A stretch of 64,000 nucleotides of DNA from an uncultured Methanosarcinales archaeon (lineage in GTDB: Archaea; Nanobdellota; Nanobdellia; Woesearchaeales; ARS49): positions 6,932-70,931 of the forward strand of contig CAZWVL010000008.1 of assembly GCA_964637115.1 (NCBI GenBank), written 5' to 3'. Numbering within the stretch: position 1 is the stretch's first letter; each line of letters opens with the position of its first letter. The notes beneath the pieces were generated by a model. The model had not been told where the DNA came from. It was given only the letters and a program-made list of their open reading frames with translations, and made no database searches. The translations under genes and the position numbers were made by a program. This document shows positions 1 to 9,595 of the stretch, in pieces.

Positions 1-2
1 TG

Positions 3-1466
3 GGAAGCATCAACTTGAGCAAGTTTGTAGTCATGGGCAAAATAGACTATGCACGCCTTGGAGAAGTCGTAAAGCTGGCAACACGCTTCCTAGACGACGT
101 CATTGACGTAAACAATTATCCAATCCCAGAAATAGAGAAGATTGCGAAAGGCAACCGCCGAATAGGCCTTGGCGTCATGGGCTGGGCAGAAATGCTATCG
201 CTATTGAACATCCCATACGACAGCTCAGAAGCAATAGCAAAAGGCGAAGAAATAATGAAGTTCATCAACGGCAAGTCCTTGGAAGCAAGCGAAGAAATGG
301 CGATTGAAAGAGGAGTTTTCTCAAATTTCAAAGACAGCATCTATGATGCGAATGGACCATTCTTCCGCGATTATGCAAAAGGAAGACCTAGAAACTGCGC
401 AAGAACAACAATAGCGCCGACAGGAACTATTGCGATTTGCGCCGGGTTACAAGGAGGAGGAATCGAGCCATTCTTTGGCATTGCGTACACAAGATACAAC
501 GCCAAAGCACTCGATGCGTTAAAACTGGGCAAGGAACCGAATGATGGAGACGTGTTCCACGAAGTAAACCCAATATTCATGACTGTGGCAAAGAACAACA
601 ACTATTTTGGATTAAGACCAGAAGAACTCTGGAAGAAAATAGAAGCAAGCCATAACTCAGTCAGAGGCATTAAAGAAATTCCTGAACAAATACAAAAAGC
701 CTTTGGAAGCGCACACGACGTTGCAGTTGAGTATCACGTAAAACACCAATCTGCATTCCAAAAACACACTGACAACGGGGTCAGCAAGACGATTAACCTG
801 CCAAACAGCGCAACAGTGGAAGATATCAAGAAAACATACATGATGGCATGGGAAATGGATTGCAAAGGAATTACAGTTTACAGAGACGGCTGCAAAAGCC
901 AACAAGTGCTGAACATTTCAAAGAAAGAACAGCCGAAAGAAATGCCAAAAGTAGACCCGACAGAAGGAATCGGCTCAGTATACTACCAATTTGAAACCGG
1001 CTATGGACCAATACACGTGCACATCGACCACCACAACGGAAAAATACTGAAAGTGTTTACGAACATCGCACCCATTGGAACGGAGATTGCAGGATTAACA
1101 TCAATAATGGGTATTTTGATTAGCAAATACCTTGAAATGGGCGGAGATGTAAACTCGCTCAGACGGCATTTGAACAGCATCAAAAGCGACAAGCCGTTCG
1201 GCTTTGGACCAAAAAGAGTTGAAAGCATTCCACACGCAGTTTCCACAGCGCTGAGCAAGTTTTTATCGCAAATAGGCAACCTGCCAGGACAACAATTGCT
1301 AACGCCGCACGTTGGTGCAACTCCTGAAATTAAAGTCCAGAAAGCAGACCAGCCGCAAGAACACAAGCCAGGACACTGTCCAAAGTGCTATTCGCCAAAT
1401 ATTGCTTACTTAAGCGGCTGCTCAGGACCAACCTGCTATGAATGCGGGTTTAGTGAATGCAGCTAA
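3..1466 (+). CDS. nrdJ: Class II (adenosylcobalamin-dependent) ribonucleotide reductase, C-terminal part; 5' end lies outside the window
   Basis: Frame is open from base 3 (GSINLSKF); RRIGLGVMG, TIAPTGT, SKTINLP and KGITVYRDG motifs; C-terminal TSCPD-like domain and Zn ribbon CPKC..CYECGFSEC; next to a PduO gene. Confidence 0.93.
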   Translation, partial: GSINLSKFVVMGKIDYARLGEVVKLATRFLDDVIDVNNYPIPEIEKIAKGNRRIGLGVMGWAEMLSLLNIPYDSSEAIAKGEEIMKFINGKSLEASEEMAIERGVFSNFKDSIYDANGPFFRDYAKGRPRNCARTTIAPTGTIAICAGLQGGGIEPFFGIAYTRYNAKALDALKLGKEPNDGDVFHEVNPIFMTVAKNNNYFGLRPEELWKKIEASHNSVRGIKEIPEQIQKAFGSAHDVAVEYHVKHQSAFQKHTDNGVSKTINLPNSATVEDIKKTYMMAWEMDCKGITVYRDGCKSQQVLNISKKEQPKEMPKVDPTEGIGSVYYQFETGYGPIHVHIDHHNGKILKVFTNIAPIGTEIAGLTSIMGILISKYLEMGGDVNSLRRHLNSIKSDKPFGFGPKRVESIPHAVSTALSKFLSQIGNLPGQQLLTPHVGATPEIKVQKADQPQEHKPGHCPKCYSPNIAYLSGCSGPTCYECGFSECS

Positions 1467-1480
1467 ATTTTATTTTTTTA

Positions 1481-1543
1481 TTAGAATGCGTCGTCTCCAT
1501 CGCCTGAGTCATCATCGCCCACATCGTCATCAAACTCATCCAT
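1481..1543 (-). CDS. Putative 20-aa acidic micropeptide MDEFDDDVGDDDSGDGDDAF
   Basis: ATG..TAA ORF with GGAGGTG RBS 6-7 nt upstream and a TTTATATA box further upstream; below the ORF-track cutoff. Confidence 0.5.
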   Translation of the reverse strand: MDEFDDDVGDDDSGDGDDAF

Positions 1544-1704
1544 CTGAAGCACCTCCTTTTCAGACAGTTAATGCTTTTTTAATATATAAAACTTCGCAGC
1601 AATAAAGGCTTCGCCAAAGACACTCCTCACGATGCCCTCCTTACTCCGTAATGTCGGGCTCGTTCGTCGGAAACTATAAAAAGAACATTACACAACCCAA
1701 CAGC

Positions 1705-2226
1705 ATGTCCATCGTCACAAAAGGAGGAGATAAAGGGGAAACTTCATTACTTGGCGGGCAAAGAGTTTCGAAAACAGACCCGCGCATAGAAGCGTATGGG
1801 GATGTGGATGAATTGAATGCCTCGATTGGAGTTGCGTTAACGTATGTAAAGGACGGCAATGCGAAAGACATTCTTCATCAGGTGCTCAACGACTTATTCA
1901 GAATCGGCGCAGAACTTGCAGCAATGGGAACAAAATTCACAAATTTCCCGAAAATTTCTTCATCGCATACAAATGTTATCGAAGAAGAAGTTTACAGAAT
2001 TGAAAGCGAACTGCCCAAGCAGACATCATTCATTCTCCCGGCAGGAAACGAAAGCGCAACCCATTTGCATTTAGCACGTGCAGTTTGCAGAAGAGCAGAG
2101 AGACGAGTTCTCGCACTTAAAGAAGTCAATCCGGAAATTGTAAAATATTTGAACAGACTCAGCGACTTGCTGTTCATCTACGCACGGCTTGAGAATAAGA
2201 AAGATGAACCGGTAAAATATGACTAA
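1705..2226 (+). CDS. pduO: ATP:cob(I)alamin adenosyltransferase, PduO type
   Basis: IVTKGGDKGETSL, RIEAYGDVDELN, RAVCRRAER and YLNRLSDLLF motifs; start moved to MSIVTKGG. Confidence 0.93.
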   Translation: MSIVTKGGDKGETSLLGGQRVSKTDPRIEAYGDVDELNASIGVALTYVKDGNAKDILHQVLNDLFRIGAELAAMGTKFTNFPKISSSHTNVIEEEVYRIESELPKQTSFILPAGNESATHLHLARAVCRRAERRVLALKEVNPEIVKYLNRLSDLLFIYARLENKKDEPVKYD

Positions 2227-2365
2227 TTTTGATAAAGAATACGCGCGAAAACTAATAACTTCAGATTACGACCCGTGTAATATTTGCGGAATGCCAATGA
2301 TTGCGAATAAGTGCAAAATTACTTGCTTAAACTGCGGGTTTAAGAGAGACTGCAGTGATTCTTAA
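2219..2365 (+). CDS. Small CxxCG zinc-finger protein (48 aa, HVO_2523-like)
   Basis: MTNFDKEY...PCNICGMPM...KCKITCLNCGFKRDCSDS; overlaps the pduO stop; not in the ORF track. Confidence 0.7.
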   Translation: MTNFDKEYARKLITSDYDPCNICGMPMIANKCKITCLNCGFKRDCSDS

Positions 2366-2372
2366 TTATTTT

Positions 2373-3188
2373 CTAAGATTTGATGAGTTTTTCAGCTCTG
2401 GCTGCCGGACCGGCATTTGCACCAACGTTAAAAGTATTATATCCGGCCATTGTTGGAATTGTGTACGCAGAAGGGCAATTGAAATCCCAATCGTTCGGCA
2501 GGCCCAAACCCACGCACACTGCGCCCAACTCTTTTAGCCGCTGGGAAGCGTTGTATTTCAAAAGTGTTTCCTCAAATGCCTCCCGTAGCTTGGCGGCATT
2601 TGGCGGTGAAACAACCCGCGCCTGAATCTTCACCTCTTTCACGGATGAAAACCCTTCCGGAACTGCAACCTCAACTGAAATCCTCTCGTTTCCATGCCGC
2701 GCGTACGCACTGCGCAGTTCTCCAGCTATCTCCTGTAAGTGCGGGTGATTGATATAAACAAAGCGATCTTTTTCCTTCCTCATGTTCAGCTCGATATAAT
2801 CTCTTAACTCCTTTGGCGAATTCTTGACAGCCGTTTCAGAAATCTCATTATGAGGGAAGGGCACTTTGTCTGTAAGCGCAAGCAGTGACTGCGCCTCAAA
2901 CACATCATACTCTTCAATCTTATCGGCCACATACTGCTTCCGCGTCTTATTCACCAGCCTGACCAACAACGAGCTCTCCAACGATTTATCCGCTTTCGCG
3001 CCATCGTGAACAACCAGGTATGCAATTGCACGATAGCTTGGATCATATAAAATTTCAAAAAAAGGAGGATGCGAATGCTTCATAAGCGGAAAAACCTGCA
3101 TCATGATGTATTTCGCAAAGCCAACCATTCCCGGCTGCCTGCTCTTATGAACAGAAATCCCCAGCGCATCTTCCAATGTCTTCGCCAT
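2373..3188 (-). CDS. Hypothetical protein
   Basis: Long ORF; probable start MAKTLEDAL; no recognised motif. Confidence 0.65.
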   Translation of the reverse strand: MAKTLEDALGISVHKSRQPGMVGFAKYIMMQVFPLMKHSHPPFFEILYDPSYRAIAYLVVHDGAKADKSLESSLLVRLVNKTRKQYVADKIEEYDVFEAQSLLALTDKVPFPHNEISETAVKNSPKELRDYIELNMRKEKDRFVYINHPHLQEIAGELRSAYARHGNERISVEVAVPEGFSSVKEVKIQARVVSPPNAAKLREAFEETLLKYNASQRLKELGAVCVGLGLPNDWDFNCPSAYTIPTMAGYNTFNVGANAGPAARAEKLIKS

Positions 3189-3313
3189 CTCTTGCAGACT
3201 TACACGGCGATTAATAAATTTTATTGCTGTACACAATCGAAATTTTTCGTGCAAAACAAGTGATAAAAAAATCACGACAAATTATTTAAACAACGCAACA
3301 AGCACAGCACGAC

Positions 3314-4597
3314 ATGGGCACGCGAGGACATTACAAGGGACAAGGCGGACTTGAAGCTAGAATAGATCGCCTTCAAAAACAACTCTTTGGTGATCAAGTT
3401 AAAGGAATGCCATTGACCGGCAGGGAAGATATCACAGAAGTAATGCTCGGAGGACACCCTGCATTCGGAGGCAAGCACCTGCGAATTGCATACGGACTCA
3501 TCCGCAAGGCAATAGCTGATGGCCACACAATATTTACATCATTCGCAGGCCCTCTAACTGCCTCCGATTATCACAGAGTGTGGGCAATTCCTTTCATGAA
3601 AGCAGGATACATCAGCGCATTTGTGGCATCAGATGCAATATCATATCACGATGCGCATGACGCAGTAGAAGGAAAACGCAAAGTCTATGACGTAAATATG
3701 TACGGCGATGATGCACTGCACTACGACGCAAAAATAATTAGAATAACAGATATTGGGTTCCCTGAAGAGGTGCTGTTCAATACAGACAGATTCTTTACAT
3801 GGGTACTAAGAAAACCTGAATTCCAGCGAGCATTGACAACGACAGAATACAGATGGCACTTGGGAGAATACTTATACGCTCTTGAAGATGAAAGAAAGAT
3901 TCCACACGGACTTCTTGCAACTGCATATGCGTATGACATACCGGGCTTTTGCGCCTCACCAGGAGACGGATCTGCAGCCCTCAACGGAGTGAAATTGAAA
4001 AAAATGCAACAATTGCTCGGCAACAAAATGAAACCAAAATTCAAGATGGAAATCGATGTATTGACAGATGTCTATGAAGCCTGCTCGATGCATATGTGGT
4101 CGCAGAAAAAAGAAGGAAACAGACAGCTCGCATACACGGTGTTTGGAGGCGGCGCATCAAAGAACTACATGCTGCAACCAGAGCCTGCGATTGAACAAAT
4201 ACTGATGGTGAACACGGCGAAATACAACATAGGAGTGCAATTCACCACAGCGCCCGTCACTGATGGGAGCTTGACTTCCTGCTGGCCATCAGAAGCAATC
4301 AGCTGGGGCAAACTGCAGAAAGAGGCCCAGACGGTATCCGTTCCAGTCGATTACACAATGGTGATGAGCACAATTGCACACGCAATCCTGCACGAACGCG
4401 CAATCTACTTGGACACGCTGAACGGTCCATTATACAGAGGAGACAAAGAAAGATTCTTTGAAGATCATCCAGGAGCACGCGGATTCCTAAGAGAGCCAGC
4501 CAGGCTTTACAAAAAAAGAGAACAAGCAATAGCGTTCTTTGACGAGATGGTAAAGAGAAAACTTCCAAAACTCTTGAAAACAATGAATTTTCCATAA
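3314..4597 (+). CDS. Deoxyhypusine synthase / homospermidine synthase-like protein
   Basis: GGGASKNY, TTAPVTDGSLTS and SEAISWGK (active-site Lys) motifs of the DHS fold. Confidence 0.8.
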   Translation: MGTRGHYKGQGGLEARIDRLQKQLFGDQVKGMPLTGREDITEVMLGGHPAFGGKHLRIAYGLIRKAIADGHTIFTSFAGPLTASDYHRVWAIPFMKAGYISAFVASDAISYHDAHDAVEGKRKVYDVNMYGDDALHYDAKIIRITDIGFPEEVLFNTDRFFTWVLRKPEFQRALTTTEYRWHLGEYLYALEDERKIPHGLLATAYAYDIPGFCASPGDGSAALNGVKLKKMQQLLGNKMKPKFKMEIDVLTDVYEACSMHMWSQKKEGNRQLAYTVFGGGASKNYMLQPEPAIEQILMVNTAKYNIGVQFTTAPVTDGSLTSCWPSEAISWGKLQKEAQTVSVPVDYTMVMSTIAHAILHERAIYLDTLNGPLYRGDKERFFEDHPGARGFLREPARLYKKREQAIAFFDEMVKRKLPKLLKTMNFP

Positions 4598-4636
4598 ATC
4601 TTTAAATAGAACAAGATAATTGCATTCTGGGGGCAT

Positions 4637-5290
4637 ATGGAACAAACAGCAAAAGAGGTTATACTAACGTACGAAACACTGTACGAATTTTTACGCAGAG
4701 AAAAATCACGCGAAGAACTGCAAAAATTAGATGAACGCTTCCTGAAAGACACGTTGAACTATCTGCGCGAAAAACAGCAAGCATACGATGACAATTTAAC
4801 GAAAAATGACATTTTTTCCCAGAGCGAACGCGATAAACTGCACATCCAGATAACAAACATCAGGAAAATACTTCGAGACTTGTACGACATCCGCGAAAGA
4901 AAAATCATCAACATGGCAATTAATCGCAGCAGGACAAACACGCAAGTTGTTGACACGGCAAATCTTTTATCACAAGAACAGGCAATGTTTGAAAGCCTGC
5001 ATTCAGTTTTGTCACAGTACAGAACAGGCATTTTACATCGGCTGCTTGAATTAAGGGAGCCGGATGTTTTGCCAATCGTTCTTCCACTGCCAATAGAAGA
5101 GCCACAAGAAGAAATTCCTACTCCTTTACCGCACGGCATAAAGAAAATAAAGTGCCTGGATTCAATAGAGCAGTTCTACGGCGAAGAATTAGAACAGTAC
5201 GGGCCTTATGATGCAGAACAGGAAATAGAGCTGCCTGGAAAACTGGCAGACGTTCTTATTAACCAGGGGAAGGCAGTAGAACTACAGTAA
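4637..5290 (+). CDS. DNA replication GINS complex subunit (Gins15/Gins51-like)
   Basis: LRREK..ELQKLD..F, LYDIRERKIINMA, C-terminal YGPY...LP..LA.VLI..GKA B-domain; conserved position before L44e. Confidence 0.85.
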   Translation: MEQTAKEVILTYETLYEFLRREKSREELQKLDERFLKDTLNYLREKQQAYDDNLTKNDIFSQSERDKLHIQITNIRKILRDLYDIRERKIINMAINRSRTNTQVVDTANLLSQEQAMFESLHSVLSQYRTGILHRLLELREPDVLPIVLPLPIEEPQEEIPTPLPHGIKKIKCLDSIEQFYGEELEQYGPYDAEQEIELPGKLADVLINQGKAVELQ

Positions 5291-5324
5291 GCTTTTTAAA
5301 CCCCCTCTATCCCCAACGAATACT

Positions 5325-5642
5325 ATGAAGCTTCCAAAGACGAGAAATACGTATTGCCCGACGTGCAAAAAGCACACGGAACACAAGATAATTGAAGGCA
5401 AGAAAAAAACCAGAGGAAGCGCTCACCCATTGAGCTTTGGTAGCAGGAAAAGAATCAAATCAAGAGGCCACCTGGGTGTTGGAAACCACGGCAAATATTC
5501 AAAGCCAGCCATTACAAAATGGAGAATGGCAGGCAGAAAGACCAGCAAGAAAGTTGATTTAAGATTTGAATGCTCAGTGTGCAAGAAAATGCACGGAATG
5601 TCAAAAGGAGGCTTCCGAACAAGGAAGGTAGAATTCAAATGA
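5325..5642 (+). CDS. rpl44e: 50S ribosomal protein L44e
   Basis: MKLPK...TYCPTCKKHTEH, KTSKKVDLRFECSVC. Confidence 0.95.
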   Translation: MKLPKTRNTYCPTCKKHTEHKIIEGKKKTRGSAHPLSFGSRKRIKSRGHLGVGNHGKYSKPAITKWRMAGRKTSKKVDLRFECSVCKKMHGMSKGGFRTRKVEFK

Positions 5643-5827
5643 GAAACAGAATGCGCGAATCAGACAGCAAGTTTGTCAAGATCAGATGCCCTAAGTGCAA
5701 GAACGAACAAATCACTTACGGCAAAGCAAGCACACTCGTACTCTGCCTTGTCTGCGGCAAGGAACTCGTGGAGCCAACCGGCGGCAGAAGCAGGATAAAG
5801 GCAAGAGTGTTGGAAGTTCTGGAATAA
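5639..5827 (+). CDS. rps27e: 30S ribosomal protein S27e
   Basis: SKFVKIRCPKCKNEQ..CLVCG..LVEPTGG; ATGA overlap with L44e. Confidence 0.95.
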   Translation: MRNRMRESDSKFVKIRCPKCKNEQITYGKASTLVLCLVCGKELVEPTGGRSRIKARVLEVLE

Positions 5828-5832
5828 AATTT

Positions 5833-6144
5833 ATGGCGCCACAAACTAAAGGCCCTCTCTTTCAATTCGTAGGCAAATTGGATAACGGCGTTGAACTCCT
5901 TATTGACCTACCAGGAGACAGAGAGGCGCTCGAACAACCGCGCATTCCGCAATCTGCATTAGACCACGTGAAGGCTGTTCCAAGAAAACTCAAAAACATA
6001 ACATCACTAGATGGACTGGCCGCGGCAGTCAGGCGCGTTGAAATGACCGGAATTAATCACGTTGAAAAAGTCAATGTAATCTATTACCAAAACGGACAGG
6101 AAATAACGCGAGCATACGCCGTTGACCAGTTTTACAAATTATAG
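5833..6144 (+). CDS. Hypothetical protein
   Basis: ORF starting MAPQTKG just after the S27e stop. Confidence 0.55.
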   Translation: MAPQTKGPLFQFVGKLDNGVELLIDLPGDREALEQPRIPQSALDHVKAVPRKLKNITSLDGLAAAVRRVEMTGINHVEKVNVIYYQNGQEITRAYAVDQFYKL

Positions 6145-6199
6145 CAATATTCTTAAGTCGCGAAATCCTTATAAAGTTTGATTCTATAATTAGTACAGG

Positions 6200-6568
6200 G
6201 TGGTTGATATGGACTCAGATCTTGACATAATTGTTGTAAAAAGCGAAATAAAAAATGACGGAACACACATAAAATTAGAGCCCATACCTACCAGGATGTC
6301 TGGCAGTGCAATCACTTCATTCTATTTACCGTTAGACCTGCGCCTCAAACCAGGAGACACAATAGCCCTATTTGGCGACCACGTTTATAGCCGAGCAGGC
6401 CCAAGCCCCGACAGCTATGAACACGGCATCGTCTATCGTGGACACGGAACACGCCGTGATGAAGTTTTGCGCTTCACTAAGGAGGATATGGAGTTATTAG
6501 AAACTGTGAAAAATCGTGAAAAGGCCGCTTACGAAGCCGGCAAACAAGGACAACGGCGCACGGGTTAA
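6200..6568 (+). CDS. Hypothetical protein
   Basis: 122-aa ORF preceded by a CTTATAAA TATA-like box. Confidence 0.55.
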   Translation: MVDMDSDLDIIVVKSEIKNDGTHIKLEPIPTRMSGSAITSFYLPLDLRLKPGDTIALFGDHVYSRAGPSPDSYEHGIVYRGHGTRRDEVLRFTKEDMELLETVKNREKAAYEAGKQGQRRTG

Positions 6569-6577
6569 TAATTACCT

Positions 6578-6630
6578 AAAGCACGCTGAGGCGAAGCTTC
6601 AGCTGGGCTTTGAAACGCAAGCGTTTCAAA
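6578..6630. repeat. Double hairpin (imperfect stem plus perfect TTTGAAACGC/GCGTTTCAAA)
   Basis: 10-bp perfect inverted repeat 6609-6618/6621-6630, preceded by an AAAGC..GCTGAG/TTCAGC..GCTTT stem. Confidence 0.6.
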
Positions 6631-6663
6631 ACCTTTTTAAACACTCTTAGTTCTCGACGTAGA

Positions 6664-7437
6664 ATGCTCTTAAAGAAGACAGGATTCCCGCAGGACGAAG
6701 AATTAGTTCTTTGCACAGTAACAGGTGTTAATCCGCACTCGGTATTCTGCACTTTAGATGAGTATGGCGGCAGAACTGGAATGATACACATTTCTGAAGT
6801 CGCGCCCGGAAGAATCAGGAATATCCGCGAGTTTGTCCAAGAAGGCAAGAAAGTAGTCTGCAAAGTTCTTCAAGTTAACAAAGAAAAAGGACATATCGAC
6901 TTAAGCTTGAGAAGGGTAAACGAAGGACAGAAGAGGACTAAATTAAATCAGATAAAACAAGAACAGCTGGCAGAAAAAATCATTGAATATGCCGCCAAGC
7001 AGCTTGGAGAAAGCACGCTGACATTATATAACAAACTTGCCGAGAAGCTTGCGCCTCAATTCGGCTCAATATTTGCAGCGTTTGAACAAGCATCACAAGA
7101 CCAGGTGAATCTGGAAACCGTTGTTGACAAGAAAATTGCTAAATTACTCACTGATGCAATCAAACAAAGAATAAAACCGCCAGAAGTCACAATAGGCGGA
7201 GACTTGAAATTAACAAGTTATTCACCAAACGGACTTCAAGAAGTCAAGGACGCATTGGCACTTGCCGTAAAAGCAGGCGTCAAAGTACGCTATTTAGGAG
7301 CAGGAACGTACCATTTCCAAGTCATTGCAGAAGACTACAAAGAAGCAGAACGAACGCTGAAAGCAGGCGTGGATCCTGTGATGGACTATGCAAAAAAGAA
7401 CGACATAACAGCAGAATGGACGAGAAAAGAAGACTGA
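6664..7437 (+). CDS. eif2a: Translation initiation factor 2 subunit alpha (aIF2-alpha)
   Basis: S1 domain LDEYG...GMIHISEV, KGHIDLSLRRV, DYKEAE. Confidence 0.95.
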   Translation: MLLKKTGFPQDEELVLCTVTGVNPHSVFCTLDEYGGRTGMIHISEVAPGRIRNIREFVQEGKKVVCKVLQVNKEKGHIDLSLRRVNEGQKRTKLNQIKQEQLAEKIIEYAAKQLGESTLTLYNKLAEKLAPQFGSIFAAFEQASQDQVNLETVVDKKIAKLLTDAIKQRIKPPEVTIGGDLKLTSYSPNGLQEVKDALALAVKAGVKVRYLGAGTYHFQVIAEDYKEAERTLKAGVDPVMDYAKKNDITAEWTRKED

Positions 7438-7441
7438 AATC

Positions 7442-7612
7442 ATGGAACACATTCTCAAATGCCAGCAGTGCGGCAAGTACACTATCAAAGAAGCGTGCAC
7501 TTGCGGAGGGCAGGCAATAACGACAAAGCCTCCAAGATATTCTCCGGACAAGTACGGCAAGTACAGAAGAGAAGCAAGAAAAGAAGAACTTGTGAAGAAA
7601 GGGCTGCTGTAA
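7442..7612 (+). CDS. nop10: H/ACA RNP protein Nop10
   Basis: KCQQCGKYTIKEACTCGG..PPRYSPDKYGKYRR; conserved position after aIF2-alpha; not in the ORF track. Confidence 0.92.
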   Translation: MEHILKCQQCGKYTIKEACTCGGQAITTKPPRYSPDKYGKYRREARKEELVKKGLL

Positions 7613-7659
7613 AGCTTTAAATACACTGGAGACACATTCTAACTTAAAAAAAGAGGACA

Positions 7660-8928
7660 ATGGCTAAAATACTCGCAGTAAAAGCACGCAGCATTCTAGA
7701 CAGCAGAGGAAACCCCACAGTAGAATGCGAAATAAAGACTTCTGACGGCATATTCAGAGCAAGCGTGCCAGCAGGAGCAAGCACTGGAACGCATGAAGCG
7801 CACGAACTTCGCGATGGCGGAGAGGCGTATCTTGGGCTGGGTGTTCAAAAGGCAGTTAACAACATTAACATAATTCTTGCGAAGAAACTGAAAGGAAGAA
7901 CAATCAATCAGCAGGAAATAGACGAGCTAATGATAAAATTAGATGGAACTCCAAATAAAAGCAAACTAGGAGCAAATGCAATACTTGCAGTAAGCATGGC
8001 AATTGCAAGGGCCGGAGCTGCAGCAAAAAGAATGCCATTGTATGAATACATCGGCAGTTTATTCGGAACAAAGAAATTCATAATGCCAGTGCCTGCATTT
8101 AATATCATCAACGGAGGCAAGCACGCAGGAAACAAATTGGACTTTCAGGAATATATGATTCTACCAGTTGGAGCCAAGAGTTTTGCAGAAGCATTGCGCA
8201 TGGGGAGTGAAATATATCACACATTAAAGAAAAATTTAGAGAACCATTTTGGCAAGAGCGCCATAAATGTCGGAGATGAAGGAGGATTTGCACCGCCATT
8301 AGAATGTATTGAAGAGCCATTTGACTATATTACTGATGCAATCATCAAATTAGGTTATTGGAAGAAAGTAAAATTGGGAATCGACTGTGCAGCAACAACA
8401 TTCTGGAAACACGGAAGATATTATCTGGAAGGAAAAGATGTCACATCAGAACAACTTGTAAAAAAATACCAAGACCTTGTCGACGGATATCCATTAGTCA
8501 GCATAGAAGACCCATTCTACGAAGAAGACTTCAGCAATTTCGCAAACTTAAGAAGAAAAGTAAGTGCACAAATCGTTGGAGATGATTTGCTGTGCACAAA
8601 TCCTGAAAGAGTCAAGAAAGCAATTGCGAGAAACAGCTGCAATTGTTTGCTGTTAAAGATAAATCAAATAGGAACGATAACAGAAGCGCTTAGAGCAGCG
8701 CAAATGGCAAAAAAAGCAGGATGGAATGTAATGGTATCGCACAGAAGCGGAGAAACAACAGACTGTTTTATTGCAGATTTAGCTGTCGGCATTGCAGCAG
8801 GCCAGATAAAAGCAGGAGCGCCCTGCAGAGGGGAAAGATTAGCGAAATATAATCAACTTTTAAGAATTGAAGAAGAGACAAAAGCGCCGTATGCAGGAAA
8901 GACGCTAAAATTCAATGATACTTCCTGA
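7660..8928 (+). CDS. eno: Enolase
   Basis: ILDSRGNPTVE, GDEGGFAP, IVGDDL, LLKINQIG, SHRSGET, ERLAKYNQLLRIEE. Confidence 0.98.
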   Translation: MAKILAVKARSILDSRGNPTVECEIKTSDGIFRASVPAGASTGTHEAHELRDGGEAYLGLGVQKAVNNINIILAKKLKGRTINQQEIDELMIKLDGTPNKSKLGANAILAVSMAIARAGAAAKRMPLYEYIGSLFGTKKFIMPVPAFNIINGGKHAGNKLDFQEYMILPVGAKSFAEALRMGSEIYHTLKKNLENHFGKSAINVGDEGGFAPPLECIEEPFDYITDAIIKLGYWKKVKLGIDCAATTFWKHGRYYLEGKDVTSEQLVKKYQDLVDGYPLVSIEDPFYEEDFSNFANLRRKVSAQIVGDDLLCTNPERVKKAIARNSCNCLLLKINQIGTITEALRAAQMAKKAGWNVMVSHRSGETTDCFIADLAVGIAAGQIKAGAPCRGERLAKYNQLLRIEEETKAPYAGKTLKFNDTS

Positions 8929-9595
8929 ACGGATTTTTCTTATCTGATGCCAATTTAACATGCGACGGCAGCAGGACGCTCTTCCACGACTTCCTTGACG
9001 GTCTCGGGGCTTTTCCAGACGGAACATCTATCACGTATTCAAAATAAGTATCGTACGGCATCTCCCACTTCAGCATTTTGCCAATAGAAACTTTTTCGAA
9101 ATATCGACGGAAAGGACGCATAGAATTGCCGTGCGCAGAGATTGCAACATTAACCTTGTATTTCTTTATGAAGGCAAGCAGGTCTTTGACAAATGAAAGA
9201 ACGCGCTTCTCAACCATCCTGACACTTTCGCCCTTAGGTGGAGGAAAGTTGTAGGAACGATGATACTTGTCAAACAATGTTTTTCCGTATTCTTGTATGA
9301 ACGCAGCATGAGAACGGCCCTGCAATTGTCCATAACAACGCTCAATCATTCTATCATCCTTCAATTTCAAGAAGCATTCAGGATGATATTTCAAAACTTC
9401 TTTCAAAGTATGAATTGAACGCTTCAAATGAGTCTCAAAAGCAACATCAATGCGCTTGTTCTTCAGCTTTTTAGCCGTTACGCGAGCATTCCTCATGCCT
9501 TTCGATGTCCAATCAGCATCAAGCCAGCCGGTAAAGCGCTTTCTTTTGTTAAAATGAGTCTGGCCGTGACGGAAGAGATAAATATAGCGTTTCAT
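8912..9595 (-). CDS. gpmA: 2,3-bisphosphoglycerate-dependent phosphoglycerate mutase
   Basis: RHGQ..N..FTGW.D, ERCYG.LQG, PP.GES, SAHGNSMR. Confidence 0.9.
   Translation of the reverse strand: MKRYIYLFRHGQTHFNKRKRFTGWLDADWTSKGMRNARVTAKKLKNKRIDVAFETHLKRSIHTLKEVLKYHPECFLKLKDDRMIERCYGQLQGRSHAAFIQEYGKTLFDKYHRSYNFPPPKGESVRMVEKRVLSFVKDLLAFIKKYKVNVAISAHGNSMRPFRRYFEKVSIGKMLKWEMPYDTYFEYVIDVPSGKAPRPSRKSWKSVLLPSHVKLASDKKNPFRKYH

Noticed and set aside
1606-1672. Cobalamin riboswitch upstream of pduO
   Set aside because: Only a short imperfect hairpin; no recognisable B12 box and too short
8912-8928. Convergent overlap of eno and gpmA as a special antisense system
   Set aside because: Short 3' overlaps occur throughout this compact genome (e.g. 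17972, 23715, 48659, 54219, 63515)
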